Below, in pieces: positions 8,964 through 17,936 of a stretch of DNA of 64,000 bases; the first letter of the stretch is position 1; every line of letters begins with the position of its first letter. The notes beneath the pieces were generated by a model, which was not told the origin of the DNA, ran no database searches, and was given only the letters and a program-made list of their open reading frames with translations. The stretch is from Lentisphaeria bacterium (GTDB lineage: Bacteria; Verrucomicrobiota; Lentisphaeria; Victivallales; UBA1829). Both the position numbers and the translations under genes were made by a program. The stretch is taken from contig JAFXYP010000065.1 of assembly GCA_017541665.1 (NCBI GenBank), forward strand, positions 39,167-103,166, given 5' to 3'.

Positions 8964-9797
8964 TCAGCAGCGCACTGCCTCAACACCGCTTGCGGTGTCG
9001 TACATCACGGAAATCGGTTTGATCTCCAGCGCCCTGCCGGTCTGCATGTCGTACCGGACCACGGCGGCGTCCAGGCGGATCCCGGTCTCCACCACGGGGA
9101 ACTTGTGCGGCATCCCCGTTCGGAATTTCGCGATCACGTCCGGCACGGCGCGTCCGAGGATCGAATCCGCGGCTCCGACCATGCCGACGTCGGACAGGAA
9201 CGCCGTTCCCCCGGGCAGGATGCGTGCATCGGCGGTCTGCACGTGCGTGTGGGTGCCGAGCACGGCCGTGACGCGACCGTCCAGGAACCACGCGAGGGCG
9301 GCCTTCTCGCTCGTCGCCTCGGCGTGGATGTCGACGATGACGCACTTGCAGGTGATCGGGATCTGGGTCAGGATCTGTTCGGCGGTCTCGAACGGGCAGT
9401 ACGCGCTGTCCTTCATGAACACCTTGCCCATCAGGGAGATGACGGCCACTTCGCCGCCCGCCGGATTGCGCGTATGCAGCCAGCCGCGTCCGGGCTGGAG
9501 TTTGCTCATATTCGCCGGGCGCACCACGTTCTTCAGTCCGCGGATCTCATCCTCGAATTCCTTCCGGTCCCATGTGTGGTCGCCGGAGGTGAAGACGTCC
9601 ACGGCATCCTCCATCTCGCCCAGGCAGGACCGGTTCATCCCGGCGCCCGCGGCGCAGTTCTCGCCGTTCGCGATCACGAACGTGCACATGTACTGTTGTT
9701 TGAGGCGGGGCACAAGCGCCTGGACCGCCTTGCGTCCGCCCTTTCCGACGATGTCACCGATAAACAGCAAATTGAGCGCGGGTCCGTTCAAGTCCAT
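8964..9797 (-). CDS. YmdB-like metallophosphoesterase (2',3'-cyclic-nucleotide phosphodiesterase family)
   Basis: 277 aa. Motifs: LLFIGDIVGKGGR, VIANGENCAAGAG, TSGDHTWD, DIHAEATSEK, GTHTHVQTAD. Confidence 0.85.
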   Translation of the reverse strand: MDLNGPALNLLFIGDIVGKGGRKAVQALVPRLKQQYMCTFVIANGENCAAGAGMNRSCLGEMEDAVDVFTSGDHTWDRKEFEDEIRGLKNVVRPANMSKLQPGRGWLHTRNPAGGEVAVISLMGKVFMKDSAYCPFETAEQILTQIPITCKCVIVDIHAEATSEKAALAWFLDGRVTAVLGTHTHVQTADARILPGGTAFLSDVGMVGAADSILGRAVPDVIAKFRTGMPHKFPVVETGIRLDAAVVRYDMQTGRALEIKPISVMYDTASGVEAVRC

Positions 9798-9928
9798 ACT
9801 CCTTAAATCTCGACTGTTTTCCCGTTTCGATTTGAAAAATCCGCGGAATGCAGTATATTTTCAGACCGTTTTATTAAGAAAAAATATAGTCCCGGAATCG
9901 GAAAACTGCAACCCCGGAACCAGAAAAA

Positions 9929-11065
9929 ATGGCGAAAAACATGAAGAAAGACACCAAGCCCGCACCGCAGAACGCCCCTGCGTGCGCCTGCCCCGGTCCC
10001 GCGCCGGACGATTGCGCCCCCGGCAAGGCAGTCGCCTTTCTGAAATACGCGGTCAAGATCCTGGTCACCGCCAGCATCGTCGCCATCCTCGTCTATTCCT
10101 CGAAGAAGCATGGCTCGTTCGACGGCGTCGACCTCTCCGGGCTGAACTGGGCCTGGCTCGCCGCGGCATTCCTGCTGTATCTCGTCCATCTCTTCGTGAA
10201 CGCCTGGCGCTGGCGCCTATTGCTGGCATACCGCGAGATCCCGTGCTCGCTCCTCTCCGCCTTCTCCCTCACCACGCAATCGTTTTTCTTCTCGCTGGTA
10301 ATGCCCGGCGGGGCGATCGGCGGCGATGTGATCCGCGCGGGCTTCCTGGCGTACCGGGTGCCGAAGGGGCAGAAATTCGACGGCGTGTTCACCATCCTGA
10401 TGGACCGGTTCACCGGCATGATCGGGATCTTCCTGACCGTATTCCTCGCCATGCCATTCGCCTGGCGCTACCTGGACGGGACCGACCCGCGGGCGAGGAT
10501 TCTGACTTTCGCGCTGCTCGGCGCGTCCGCCGCGGGCCTGCTCGCCGCCGCCGTCATCTTCCTGCACGGACAGCTTGAAAAGCTCGCGTTCTTCCGTTGG
10601 GGCGAGGATCTCGGCGCGAGGCTCACGCGCGGGTTTTCGACCCGGCTCCTGAACGCGCTGGACTCGTACAACGGCGCGACGAAGGAGATCGTGTGGTGCG
10701 TGCTTGCCAGCATCCTCGGCGTGAATTTCGTGCTCGGCCTTTGCTTCTACTGCGTCTGCCTCGCGTTCTCCGCCTCGCTGGCGCCGCTCTTCGCGCCCAT
10801 CGTGGCGGCGATCACGGTCGGAAACATCGCCGGGCTCATCCCGCTTACCATGTCCGGCATCGGACTGCGCGATTATTTCGTGGCGGCAATCCTCGGTGCC
10901 GCGCTCGCGGAACTCCCGGACTGCCCCGTCGACGCGCTCGCCCCGACGCTCGTCATGACCGGCGTCATCATCGCAGGCGGTCTCTTCGGCGGGTTCTTCT
11001 TCCTCTTCGACAACGCATACCGGAAAAAGGTCCCGGCGTCCACGCCGCCCGCAACGGGAAACTGA
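9929..11065 (+). CDS. UPF0104 / lysylphosphatidylglycerol-synthase-TM-like (flippase-like) membrane protein
   Basis: 378 aa, multi-pass. LLYLVHLFVNAWRWRLLL and GGAIGGDVIRAGF are typical of this family. Confidence 0.75.
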   Translation: MAKNMKKDTKPAPQNAPACACPGPAPDDCAPGKAVAFLKYAVKILVTASIVAILVYSSKKHGSFDGVDLSGLNWAWLAAAFLLYLVHLFVNAWRWRLLLAYREIPCSLLSAFSLTTQSFFFSLVMPGGAIGGDVIRAGFLAYRVPKGQKFDGVFTILMDRFTGMIGIFLTVFLAMPFAWRYLDGTDPRARILTFALLGASAAGLLAAAVIFLHGQLEKLAFFRWGEDLGARLTRGFSTRLLNALDSYNGATKEIVWCVLASILGVNFVLGLCFYCVCLAFSASLAPLFAPIVAAITVGNIAGLIPLTMSGIGLRDYFVAAILGAALAELPDCPVDALAPTLVMTGVIIAGGLFGGFFFLFDNAYRKKVPASTPPATGN

Positions 11066-11071
11066 CCCGCC

Positions 11072-12916
11072 ATGCCGCACGAAAACCAGAACCGCAAACT
11101 CGACCTCGTGTTCCGCTGCGCGCTCTTCGCGGCCTACGCCGCGGTCACGCTCGCGCTGGTGCTCCGACATGAACCCAAGGCGGACGAGCTTCAGGCATGG
11201 CTGATCGCGCGGGACTGCACCATCCCGGAAATCTTTCACGCCATGCGCTGGGAAGGACACTTCGTGCCGTGGTACCTCATGCTGCACGCCTTCGCGGCGA
11301 ACGGCTGCCCGGTCCTCTGCATGAACCTCCTTTCATGGGCGTTCATGGCCGCCGCCGGAGCGTTCTTCCTCTTCCGGGCACCGTTCACCTTCCCCATGAA
11401 ACTCCTGGTGCTGTGTTCCTCCGCGATGCTCTTCTGGTATCCGGTGGTCGCCCGCTGCTATGCACTGATCCCGATCCTCCTCTTCGCGCTCGCTGCAGCC
11501 TGGCCCGCCCGCTTGAAACGCCCCCTGCTCTTCGGTTTCCTGATCGCATGCCTGACGAATACCCACGCCTATTTCGAAGGCTTCTGCGGCATCGTGTTCG
11601 TCCTCTGGGCGTTCGATGCATGGAAACTCCGCGCGGAACTCCCCCGCCGCGAACTCCGCCGCATCGCTGCCGGGCTCTGCATCGCCGCCGCAGGCGCGCT
11701 GTTCGGGTTTCTCCAGGTCGCACCGGGTATGCTGGATGCGCGGTCGGTCGGAAACCAACGGTTCTGGCCGATGAAAATGAGCTTCTATGAACGCCTCGCC
11801 ACGTCGTTCGTCGACTTCGCGGGCTCTTCCAAGGAGGTCGCGAACGTGAAGATCCCCGTGCTGGAATACCTCTGGGCGGCCCTGCTCCTGCTTCTGATCG
11901 TCTGGATTGTCCGGCGTTGGAGGAGCGGACTGCTTTATCTCGCGTTCGCCACTTTCTTCTTCGGCGCTTTCTGGTTCGTCCTGCCCCAACAGGAACGGCC
12001 AAGCGCGTTCGCCAGCGGGTTCCAGCTTGTACTCAACTTCATCTTCCTGCCGTTTTTCGCGGTCGCGATGCTGTCGTTGTTCCGTGCATCCCGCCGCATG
12101 GGTGCGGTCTGCCTGGCATCGTTCCTGTGGATGATCCTCTTCGCGATGTTCCTGTTCTATTTCCTGCCGCAGAGGGCGCTCCTCGTCTTCCTGACGTTCC
12201 TCTTCTGCCACTGGGTCCTGCTGGAAAACCCGGAGGAAAGGAACGATGCCGCGCCGGGCGCGTTCTTCCGTTTTCTGGACGGCCCGAAGCCGCTGTACCT
12301 CAAACACCTCGCGGAGGCCCTGGCCATCTACATCTGCTTCTCCATACCCGCCAGCGTATCTCTCGTCATGATGGATTTCCGCCATCCCTTCTCCGGCGCG
12401 AAGGACATGGGCGAGTACCTCACGAAAAACCTGCCGCCCGGATCGACCGTCGTCATCCCCTTCTACGGCATCACCGACGCCGTGATCTCGGCCTATGCGC
12501 CCGGCCTCAAGTTCTACTGCGTGGAAGCCGGCAAAAACATCACGTTCTGCCCGCTTGACTGGTCGCAGAAAAAGCTGAATCAGAAACATGCCCTGATCAT
12601 GCCGAACTGGATGCAGGATGTGCAGGACGGACAGCTCGTCTGCCTCGACTCGAACGGCTTCATGTTCTCGCCGCAATGGGCCCCTGTCGTCGATGCGCCC
12701 GGTCCGCATTATTTCGTGTGCGACATGTGGTTCCTGGGAGGGTTGCCTGTAGGCTCCATGAAATTGCAGAGCAAGGACCGCAAACACCTCTACACCGAGG
12801 TTTACCGCTCTCCCTTCATCCCGTTCACCGACTGCGCCGGCGAACAATACTGGCTCTTCACCGACGAAGCCGCGCCGGTTCAGGAAGATAAAAACAATCC
12901 GCCAGGCACAAACTGA
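11072..12916 (+). CDS. large polytopic membrane protein, GT-C-like glycosyltransferase candidate
   Basis: 614 aa. About 11 hydrophobic helices lie in the first ~400 aa, with an acidic DE in the first loop (HEPKADELQAW) and a soluble C-terminal domain. It starts 6 nt after the UPF0104 gene. Confidence 0.55.
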   Translation: MPHENQNRKLDLVFRCALFAAYAAVTLALVLRHEPKADELQAWLIARDCTIPEIFHAMRWEGHFVPWYLMLHAFAANGCPVLCMNLLSWAFMAAAGAFFLFRAPFTFPMKLLVLCSSAMLFWYPVVARCYALIPILLFALAAAWPARLKRPLLFGFLIACLTNTHAYFEGFCGIVFVLWAFDAWKLRAELPRRELRRIAAGLCIAAAGALFGFLQVAPGMLDARSVGNQRFWPMKMSFYERLATSFVDFAGSSKEVANVKIPVLEYLWAALLLLLIVWIVRRWRSGLLYLAFATFFFGAFWFVLPQQERPSAFASGFQLVLNFIFLPFFAVAMLSLFRASRRMGAVCLASFLWMILFAMFLFYFLPQRALLVFLTFLFCHWVLLENPEERNDAAPGAFFRFLDGPKPLYLKHLAEALAIYICFSIPASVSLVMMDFRHPFSGAKDMGEYLTKNLPPGSTVVIPFYGITDAVISAYAPGLKFYCVEAGKNITFCPLDWSQKKLNQKHALIMPNWMQDVQDGQLVCLDSNGFMFSPQWAPVVDAPGPHYFVCDMWFLGGLPVGSMKLQSKDRKHLYTEVYRSPFIPFTDCAGEQYWLFTDEAAPVQEDKNNPPGTN

Positions 12917-13010
12917 AGGTAAATGCGGGCAGAAAAGGCGATCAGGACGAATCGCTCCTATCGGTCCTATTCAGGAAACAACCGGGAGATGATACAATCC
13001 GAAGGCCGGC

Positions 13011-13475
13011 TTACTCCGGCGCATTGCCCGCGGATCCGGAGACCATGGCGGCGCGGCAATCCGTCTTCGGGCAGAAGCCGCGGCAGGAGAGCTGGATCTC
13101 CTTCACGGCGAACCCCTCCGGCAGGCCGGGCACCGACGGCACCAGCGGCTCGTTTTCGGCGGGAAAGAGGTCATAGACTTCGCCGCAGTGCAGGCACTTG
13201 AAATGGCCGTGTTCGCACATATTGGCGTCGTAGCGCAGTTCGCCGCCCTCGATCGTGATCTCCCACACGGCATGCTTTTCCGCGAGGAGCTTCAGCGTGT
13301 TGTACACGGTCGTCAGCGACAGTGTGGGCTGTTCCGCCCGCACGGCCGCATAAATCGTCTCGGCGGTCGGGTGGATCGCATGCGTCCGCAGAAAATGGTA
13401 GATCGCGGTGCGCTGCGGCGACGGCGTGATGCCGATCTTCCGCAGGATCGCGATGCTGGACTCACGTGTCATCAT
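13011..13475 (-). CDS. Fur-family transcriptional regulator (PerR-like by context)
   Basis: 154 aa. Winged-helix N-terminal domain (GITPSPQRTAIYHFL...TLSLTTVYNTLKLL) and metal sites HGHFKCLHCG...CxGFC. It lies directly downstream of rubrerythrin on the same strand. Confidence 0.85.
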   Translation of the reverse strand: MMTRESSIAILRKIGITPSPQRTAIYHFLRTHAIHPTAETIYAAVRAEQPTLSLTTVYNTLKLLAEKHAVWEITIEGGELRYDANMCEHGHFKCLHCGEVYDLFPAENEPLVPSVPGLPEGFAVKEIQLSCRGFCPKTDCRAAMVSGSAGNAPE

Positions 13476-13575
13476 GGGCGGCAGTCAGAAAAAGAAAGGG
13501 GAAAGGAACCCGCATCCCTGGACCGGAGCGTTCCGGATGCGGGCTCAGGCAAAAAAACTCGGACCTACTTCAAGA

Positions 13576-14127
13576 TCAGTCCTTGAAATAGCGTTTCAGG
13601 AGGCCGGCGAACGCGGCGCCGTGGCGCGCTTCGTCCTTGGCCATTTCATGCACGGTATCGTGGATGGCGTCGAACCCGAGCTGTTTCGCCTTCTTGGCGA
13701 TCTCGAACTTGCCGGCGCATGCGCCCTGTTCGGCTTCCACGCGCTTGGTCAGGTTGGTCTTCGTGCAGGGGGCAACGACTTCGCCGAGGAGTTCCGCGAA
13801 CTTGGCGGCGTGTTCGGCCTCTTCGAACGCGATGCGCTTGTAGGCTTCGGCGATTTCGGGATAGCCTTCGCGGTCGGCCACGCGGCTCATGGCGAGGTAC
13901 ATGCCGACTTCGGTGCATTCGCCCGTGAAGTTGGCGTGGAGACCGTCCATGATCTCCTTGTCGTCGACCTTGCCGTCGCCGATGCTGTGGACGGTGGCGA
14001 AAGTCATGGGGCCGGCATCCTCGGCCTTAGCGACGAACTTGGAGGCGGGAGCCTTGCACTGGGGGCAGAATTCGGGGGGATTGTCGCCTTCGTAGACATA
14101 GCCGCAGACTTGGCAAACGTACTTCAT
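13576..14127 (-). CDS. rbr: reverse rubrerythrin (N-terminal rubredoxin domain + ferritin-like diiron domain)
   Basis: Uses internal ATG 14127 ([31 protein letters not shown]), giving 183 aa. Diiron motifs are [18 protein letters not shown] and EMAKDEARH. Confidence 0.9.
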   Translation of the reverse strand: MKYVCQVCGYVYEGDNPPEFCPQCKAPASKFVAKAEDAGPMTFATVHSIGDGKVDDKEIMDGLHANFTGECTEVGMYLAMSRVADREGYPEIAEAYKRIAFEEAEHAAKFAELLGEVVAPCTKTNLTKRVEAEQGACAGKFEIAKKAKQLGFDAIHDTVHEMAKDEARHGAAFAGLLKRYFKD

Positions 14128-14215
14128 GATGGGGTCCTTTCTTTCACGCGCCGGGCGGCGCATGAGGTGGTTGGGGTTTGGTTGGAAACGTGTCCCGGCG
14201 GGGAGAATGCCGGTT

Positions 14216-14238
14216 TTGTAATCACTACAAGATTACAA
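14216..14238. promoter_or_regulatory. candidate operator: inverted repeat TTGTAATC-N7-GATTACAA upstream of rubrerythrin
   Basis: Perfect 8-bp arms at 14216-14223 and 14231-14238, about 90 nt upstream of the rbr start. The AT-rich Fur/PerR-box-like composition stands out in GC-rich DNA. Confidence 0.4.
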
Positions 14239-14307
14239 TAAATCCAAAAGATGAAAAAGTCAAACGAAAAACACGCCTTTTTTTGTTTTTTTTCGCAACG
14301 CTCTGCT

Positions 14308-15099
14308 TCAGAGCGTCTTCTTCATCATCTCCGGCGCGAACTTCCCTCGATTCGCCGGATCGAGCAGACGCCACTTCGCCAGTCCTGCGTGCGCCATACA
14401 GAACCGCAGCGCGACCGCGAGGCAGCCAAAGCCGTATTTCACGCTCCGCCGGAACGAGATGCTGGATGCCTCCTCGAAATACCTGGTCGGGCAGGATACC
14501 TCGGCGATGACCGCCCCGGTCCACGCGATCTGGGCGAGCATCTCGTTGTCGAAGATGAAATCGTCGGAGTTTTTGCTCAGGTCGAGCGATTCGAGCAGTT
14601 CGCGGGAGAACCCGCGGTAGCCGGTATGGTATTCGGAAAGTTTCTGCCCCATCAGCACGTTTTCAATGAATGTGAGGATGCGGTTCGAAACGTATTTGTA
14701 CAGGGGCATGCCGCCACGCAGGGCGCGCCCGCCGAGGATGCGCGAACCGAGCGTGCAGTGGTAGAGCCCGTTTCCGATCATCGCCGCCATCGCGGGGATC
14801 AGCAGAGGCGTATACTGGTAGTCGGGATGTACCATGATCACGATGTCGGCGCCGTGTTCGAGCGCGAGTTTGTAGCACTGTTTCTGGTTGCCGCCGTATC
14901 CGGTGTTGCGCGGCAGGCGGCAGGTCACGGCCCCCTCGATGCGGGAAGCGGCCTCCCACGTGTCGTCGCTGCTGGCGTCATCCACGATCACGACCTGATC
15001 GACGAACGGCTGGGCGGCGACTTCGCGGAACGTCTTTTCGAGGGTCTTTTCCGCATTGTAGGCGGGCATGACCACGACGACTTTTTTCCCGTTGAACAT
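14308..15099 (-). CDS. family 2 glycosyltransferase (polyprenol-phosphate sugar transferase / DPM1-like)
   Basis: Uses internal ATG 15099 (MFNGKKVVVVMPAYNAEKTL). Motifs: IVDDASSDDT, NTGYGGNQK, VMVHPDYQY. Confidence 0.85.
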   Translation of the reverse strand: MFNGKKVVVVMPAYNAEKTLEKTFREVAAQPFVDQVVIVDDASSDDTWEAASRIEGAVTCRLPRNTGYGGNQKQCYKLALEHGADIVIMVHPDYQYTPLLIPAMAAMIGNGLYHCTLGSRILGGRALRGGMPLYKYVSNRILTFIENVLMGQKLSEYHTGYRGFSRELLESLDLSKNSDDFIFDNEMLAQIAWTGAVIAEVSCPTRYFEEASSISFRRSVKYGFGCLAVALRFCMAHAGLAKWRLLDPANRGKFAPEMMKKTL

Positions 15100-15359
15100 C
15101 CTGGCTCCGGTTGAGGTTTTCTGAGGGTGAGCGGCATCCGGCATTTTTCAGCCGGATTTCCCGAATTCGATTCATGCTAAAATATACATCCGGCGGGGCA
15201 TTTTTCAAGCGTTTTTCAGGAGCATGGCGTAGTTTCGCCGGAATATGCCACATCCCAGCCTCGAAAAAATAGTTCATTTTCTTGATTATCGGCTTGAAAA
15301 AACGCGCGCGCGAAGTATATTTAAGCTATTTCCGCATTATCACATCTTTTCGCCTCGAA

Positions 15360-16859
15360 ATGAACTGCGACGTCACAGAAAGGACGATCTTGGACCAGGC
15401 CCGCACAACATCCTCCGTTCCGGCGATCCCCGGCGGCGCGCTGAACGCGCCCGTCAACGCCTTTTACAACGGGATCCGCAATCGCGTATTCCTGCGGGAA
15501 GCGGCGGCGTTCTGCGCCGTGGTGCTCTTCCTGGCGGGTGGGATCGTGCTCGTCTGGCGGATGGCATACCCGGAATGGCCCTGCCGCGCGGTGGTCATTT
15601 CGGCCGTGGGGCTCGCGGCCGCCGCACTGGCGGGCGCGCTGTACCGGGCGATCCGCCTGACACCTCCGAAACGCAAGCTCATGGTCTGGCTCGACGCCCA
15701 TTCGGAATGCGGCGGTTTCCTGGCCGCATCGCTGAGCACGGACTGTTCGGCCTGGGCATCGCGGATACGGACGCCGCGGACGCCGGAACTGAGCATGCAG
15801 TTCCCCGCCGCGCGCGTGGCGGCGCTCCTCATTTCGGCAGTCTTCTTCGCCGCGGCATTTTACGTCGATCCGGAACAGGCACGGCGAAACGGCCCTGGCT
15901 CGCTCGACGTGCACGAGGAACAGCAGGAGCTGGAATCGAAGCTGGAGATCCTGGAGCAGGAGCCTCTGGTCCCGCAGGAGGAGATCGCCGCCGCGAAGGA
16001 GGCGCTCGACGAACTCGTGCAGAACAGCAGCGGCACGACCCCTGCCAAGGCGTTCGAGGGAATCGAGGTGCTCCGCGACCTGACCGACGCGCTCGCCGCC
16101 AATGCCGCGCGTGCGCTGGAGCACTCCGCCGAAAACTTCCAGCGGCTTTCACAGGCGGCATCCGCGCTGGCTTCCCTTCCGCCGGACGTCCCCGGCCGCA
16201 CAAAAGCGCTGGAACAGCTCAAGCAGCTCGCCGAACAGCTCGCCGCGGACGATGCCGCGCTGGCGGAATTTCTGAAACAGAGCGGAGATAACCTCGCCGC
16301 CTCCATGACGCCGGAACAGCTTCAGTCGCTCGCCGACGCGATGGCAGGGAACGCGCAGGACCTGCGCGAACGCCTCGAAAAGCTCGCCCAGGCGCGCCGC
16401 GACCAGATGCAGGGCGGACAGGGCCAGGATGGCGGCGACACCGGCCTCGTGAACGATTCCGATTACGAAAACAGCGCCGAGGCGCTTCAGCAGTGGCTCG
16501 AGGAAAACGCCCCGGGCGCATCCGAACTCTCCGACGCCGCCGGCCAGGGACAGGGCAACGGCACCCCCGGCTCCGGGGGCATCTCCCGCGGACGCGGCGA
16601 CGCCCTCCTCAATTTCACCGGCGAAACGCAGGACGTCGGCGACAAGCGCCGCGAACTCATGCTTGACAACAACACCCCCGGCCAGAGCGTCTCCATCCTG
16701 GAGTTCGCCACCTCGCCCGGCGAGGAGACCGCCGAACGCGCCAAAGCAGGAAAGCTCTCCGGCGATGGACAGGCGGTGGAGCACGCCGAGACGCGCATCC
16801 TCCCCTCGCACCGCGAGTCCGTCCGCCGGTATTTCAACAATTCCCCCGGTCAACCGTAA
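15360..16859 (+). CDS. membrane-anchored coiled-coil hypothetical protein (first gene of the MoxR operon)
   Basis: ATG 15360 is preferred over the TTG at 15282. It has two to three TM helices (AAFCAVVLFLAGGIVLVW, AVVISAVGLAAAALAGALY, VAALLISAVFFAAAFY), then a long Ala/Glu/Leu/Gln-rich helical region and a Gly-rich tail. Confidence 0.6.
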   Translation: MNCDVTERTILDQARTTSSVPAIPGGALNAPVNAFYNGIRNRVFLREAAAFCAVVLFLAGGIVLVWRMAYPEWPCRAVVISAVGLAAAALAGALYRAIRLTPPKRKLMVWLDAHSECGGFLAASLSTDCSAWASRIRTPRTPELSMQFPAARVAALLISAVFFAAAFYVDPEQARRNGPGSLDVHEEQQELESKLEILEQEPLVPQEEIAAAKEALDELVQNSSGTTPAKAFEGIEVLRDLTDALAANAARALEHSAENFQRLSQAASALASLPPDVPGRTKALEQLKQLAEQLAADDAALAEFLKQSGDNLAASMTPEQLQSLADAMAGNAQDLRERLEKLAQARRDQMQGGQGQDGGDTGLVNDSDYENSAEALQQWLEENAPGASELSDAAGQGQGNGTPGSGGISRGRGDALLNFTGETQDVGDKRRELMLDNNTPGQSVSILEFATSPGEETAERAKAGKLSGDGQAVEHAETRILPSHRESVRRYFNNSPGQP

Positions 16860-16892
16860 CTTTTCATATCCTCACATGGAGCACTCCCCGCG

Positions 16893-17936
16893 ATGAACAC
16901 CGAAACCACCTCCCTGATGCCTCCCGAAGAGCTCAATCATATCAGCAGCCTGGCGGCGCGCCTCCTCGACGAACTCGACAAGATCCTGCTCGGCCAGCAC
17001 GAAGTCCACAGGCTCCTCCTCATCGGCATTTTCAGCCGCGGCCACGTGCTGCTCGAAGGGCTCCCCGGCGTCGGCAAGACCGCACTCGTGAAGGCACTCG
17101 GCAAGCTCATGCGCCTGGAGTTCAAGCGCATCCAGTTCACGCCCGACCTGCTCCCCAGCGACATCCTCGGCGGCAGCATCCTCCAGGTCATGCCCGACGG
17201 CTCCCGCAAGATGGAGTTCCAGCCCGGCGCGATCTTCTCCAACATCCTCCTCGCCGACGAGATCAACCGCGCGTCGCCGAAGACCCAGTCCGCCATGCTC
17301 GAAGCCATGCAGGAACACGCCGTAACGCTCCTCGGCGAAACGCGCCCCCTGCCCGACCCGTTCTTCGTGCTCGCCTCGCAGAACCCGATCGAACTCGAGG
17401 GAACCTATCCGATCCCGGAAGCCCAGCTCGACCGCTTCCTCTTCAAGATCAATGTCTCGAGCGTCGACGCCGACGTCCTCACGCAGATCATCGCGAACCG
17501 CCGCCGCGGCGAACCGCCGGAGCCGGAATGGACGCTCTCCGCCGAGGAGCTGAAGGAAATCTTCGACGCCATGGACCGCATCTACCTCAGCGAATCCGTC
17601 GCGAACTACATCGCGCGCATCGTGGCAGCCGGACACCCGGAGAACCCCGCCGCGATCCCGGACGTGACGCGCTTCGTCACCTACGGTCCCTCCCCCCGCG
17701 CAGCCATCGCCCTCGCCGAATCCTCGCGCGCCGCCGCGCTCCTCGCGGGACGTCCCGCGGTCGGGTTCGAGGACGTCCGCAGCGTGGCGCCCGCTGTCCT
17801 GAACCACCGCCTCATCCTGAACTACCAGGCGAAACTCGACAAGATCACGCCCGCGCTCCTCTCCGAACGCCTCCTCGAAAAGGTCGACCCCGCCGGCATC
17901 GACTGGCCGCAGGGCGTCAACGCGGGAAAGGCATGA
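16893..17936 (+). CDS. moxR: MoxR-family AAA+ ATPase
   Basis: 347 aa. Walker A is LLEGLPGVGKT, Walker B is ILLADEINRASPKTQSAMLEAMQE, followed by TYPIPEAQLDRF. Confidence 0.95.
   Translation: MNTETTSLMPPEELNHISSLAARLLDELDKILLGQHEVHRLLLIGIFSRGHVLLEGLPGVGKTALVKALGKLMRLEFKRIQFTPDLLPSDILGGSILQVMPDGSRKMEFQPGAIFSNILLADEINRASPKTQSAMLEAMQEHAVTLLGETRPLPDPFFVLASQNPIELEGTYPIPEAQLDRFLFKINVSSVDADVLTQIIANRRRGEPPEPEWTLSAEELKEIFDAMDRIYLSESVANYIARIVAAGHPENPAAIPDVTRFVTYGPSPRAAIALAESSRAAALLAGRPAVGFEDVRSVAPAVLNHRLILNYQAKLDKITPALLSERLLEKVDPAGIDWPQGVNAGKA

Noticed and set aside
17528-17932. Upstream-extended starts offered by the ORF track: 17528, 20082, 25188, 26939, 2028, 8986, 14163, 15144, 15282 and 38736.
   Set aside because: The extended parts overlap the preceding gene in another frame and are Arg/Pro-rich. 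The internal ATGs chosen coincide with SD sequences, signal peptides or family N-termini, and give ATGA-type coupling.
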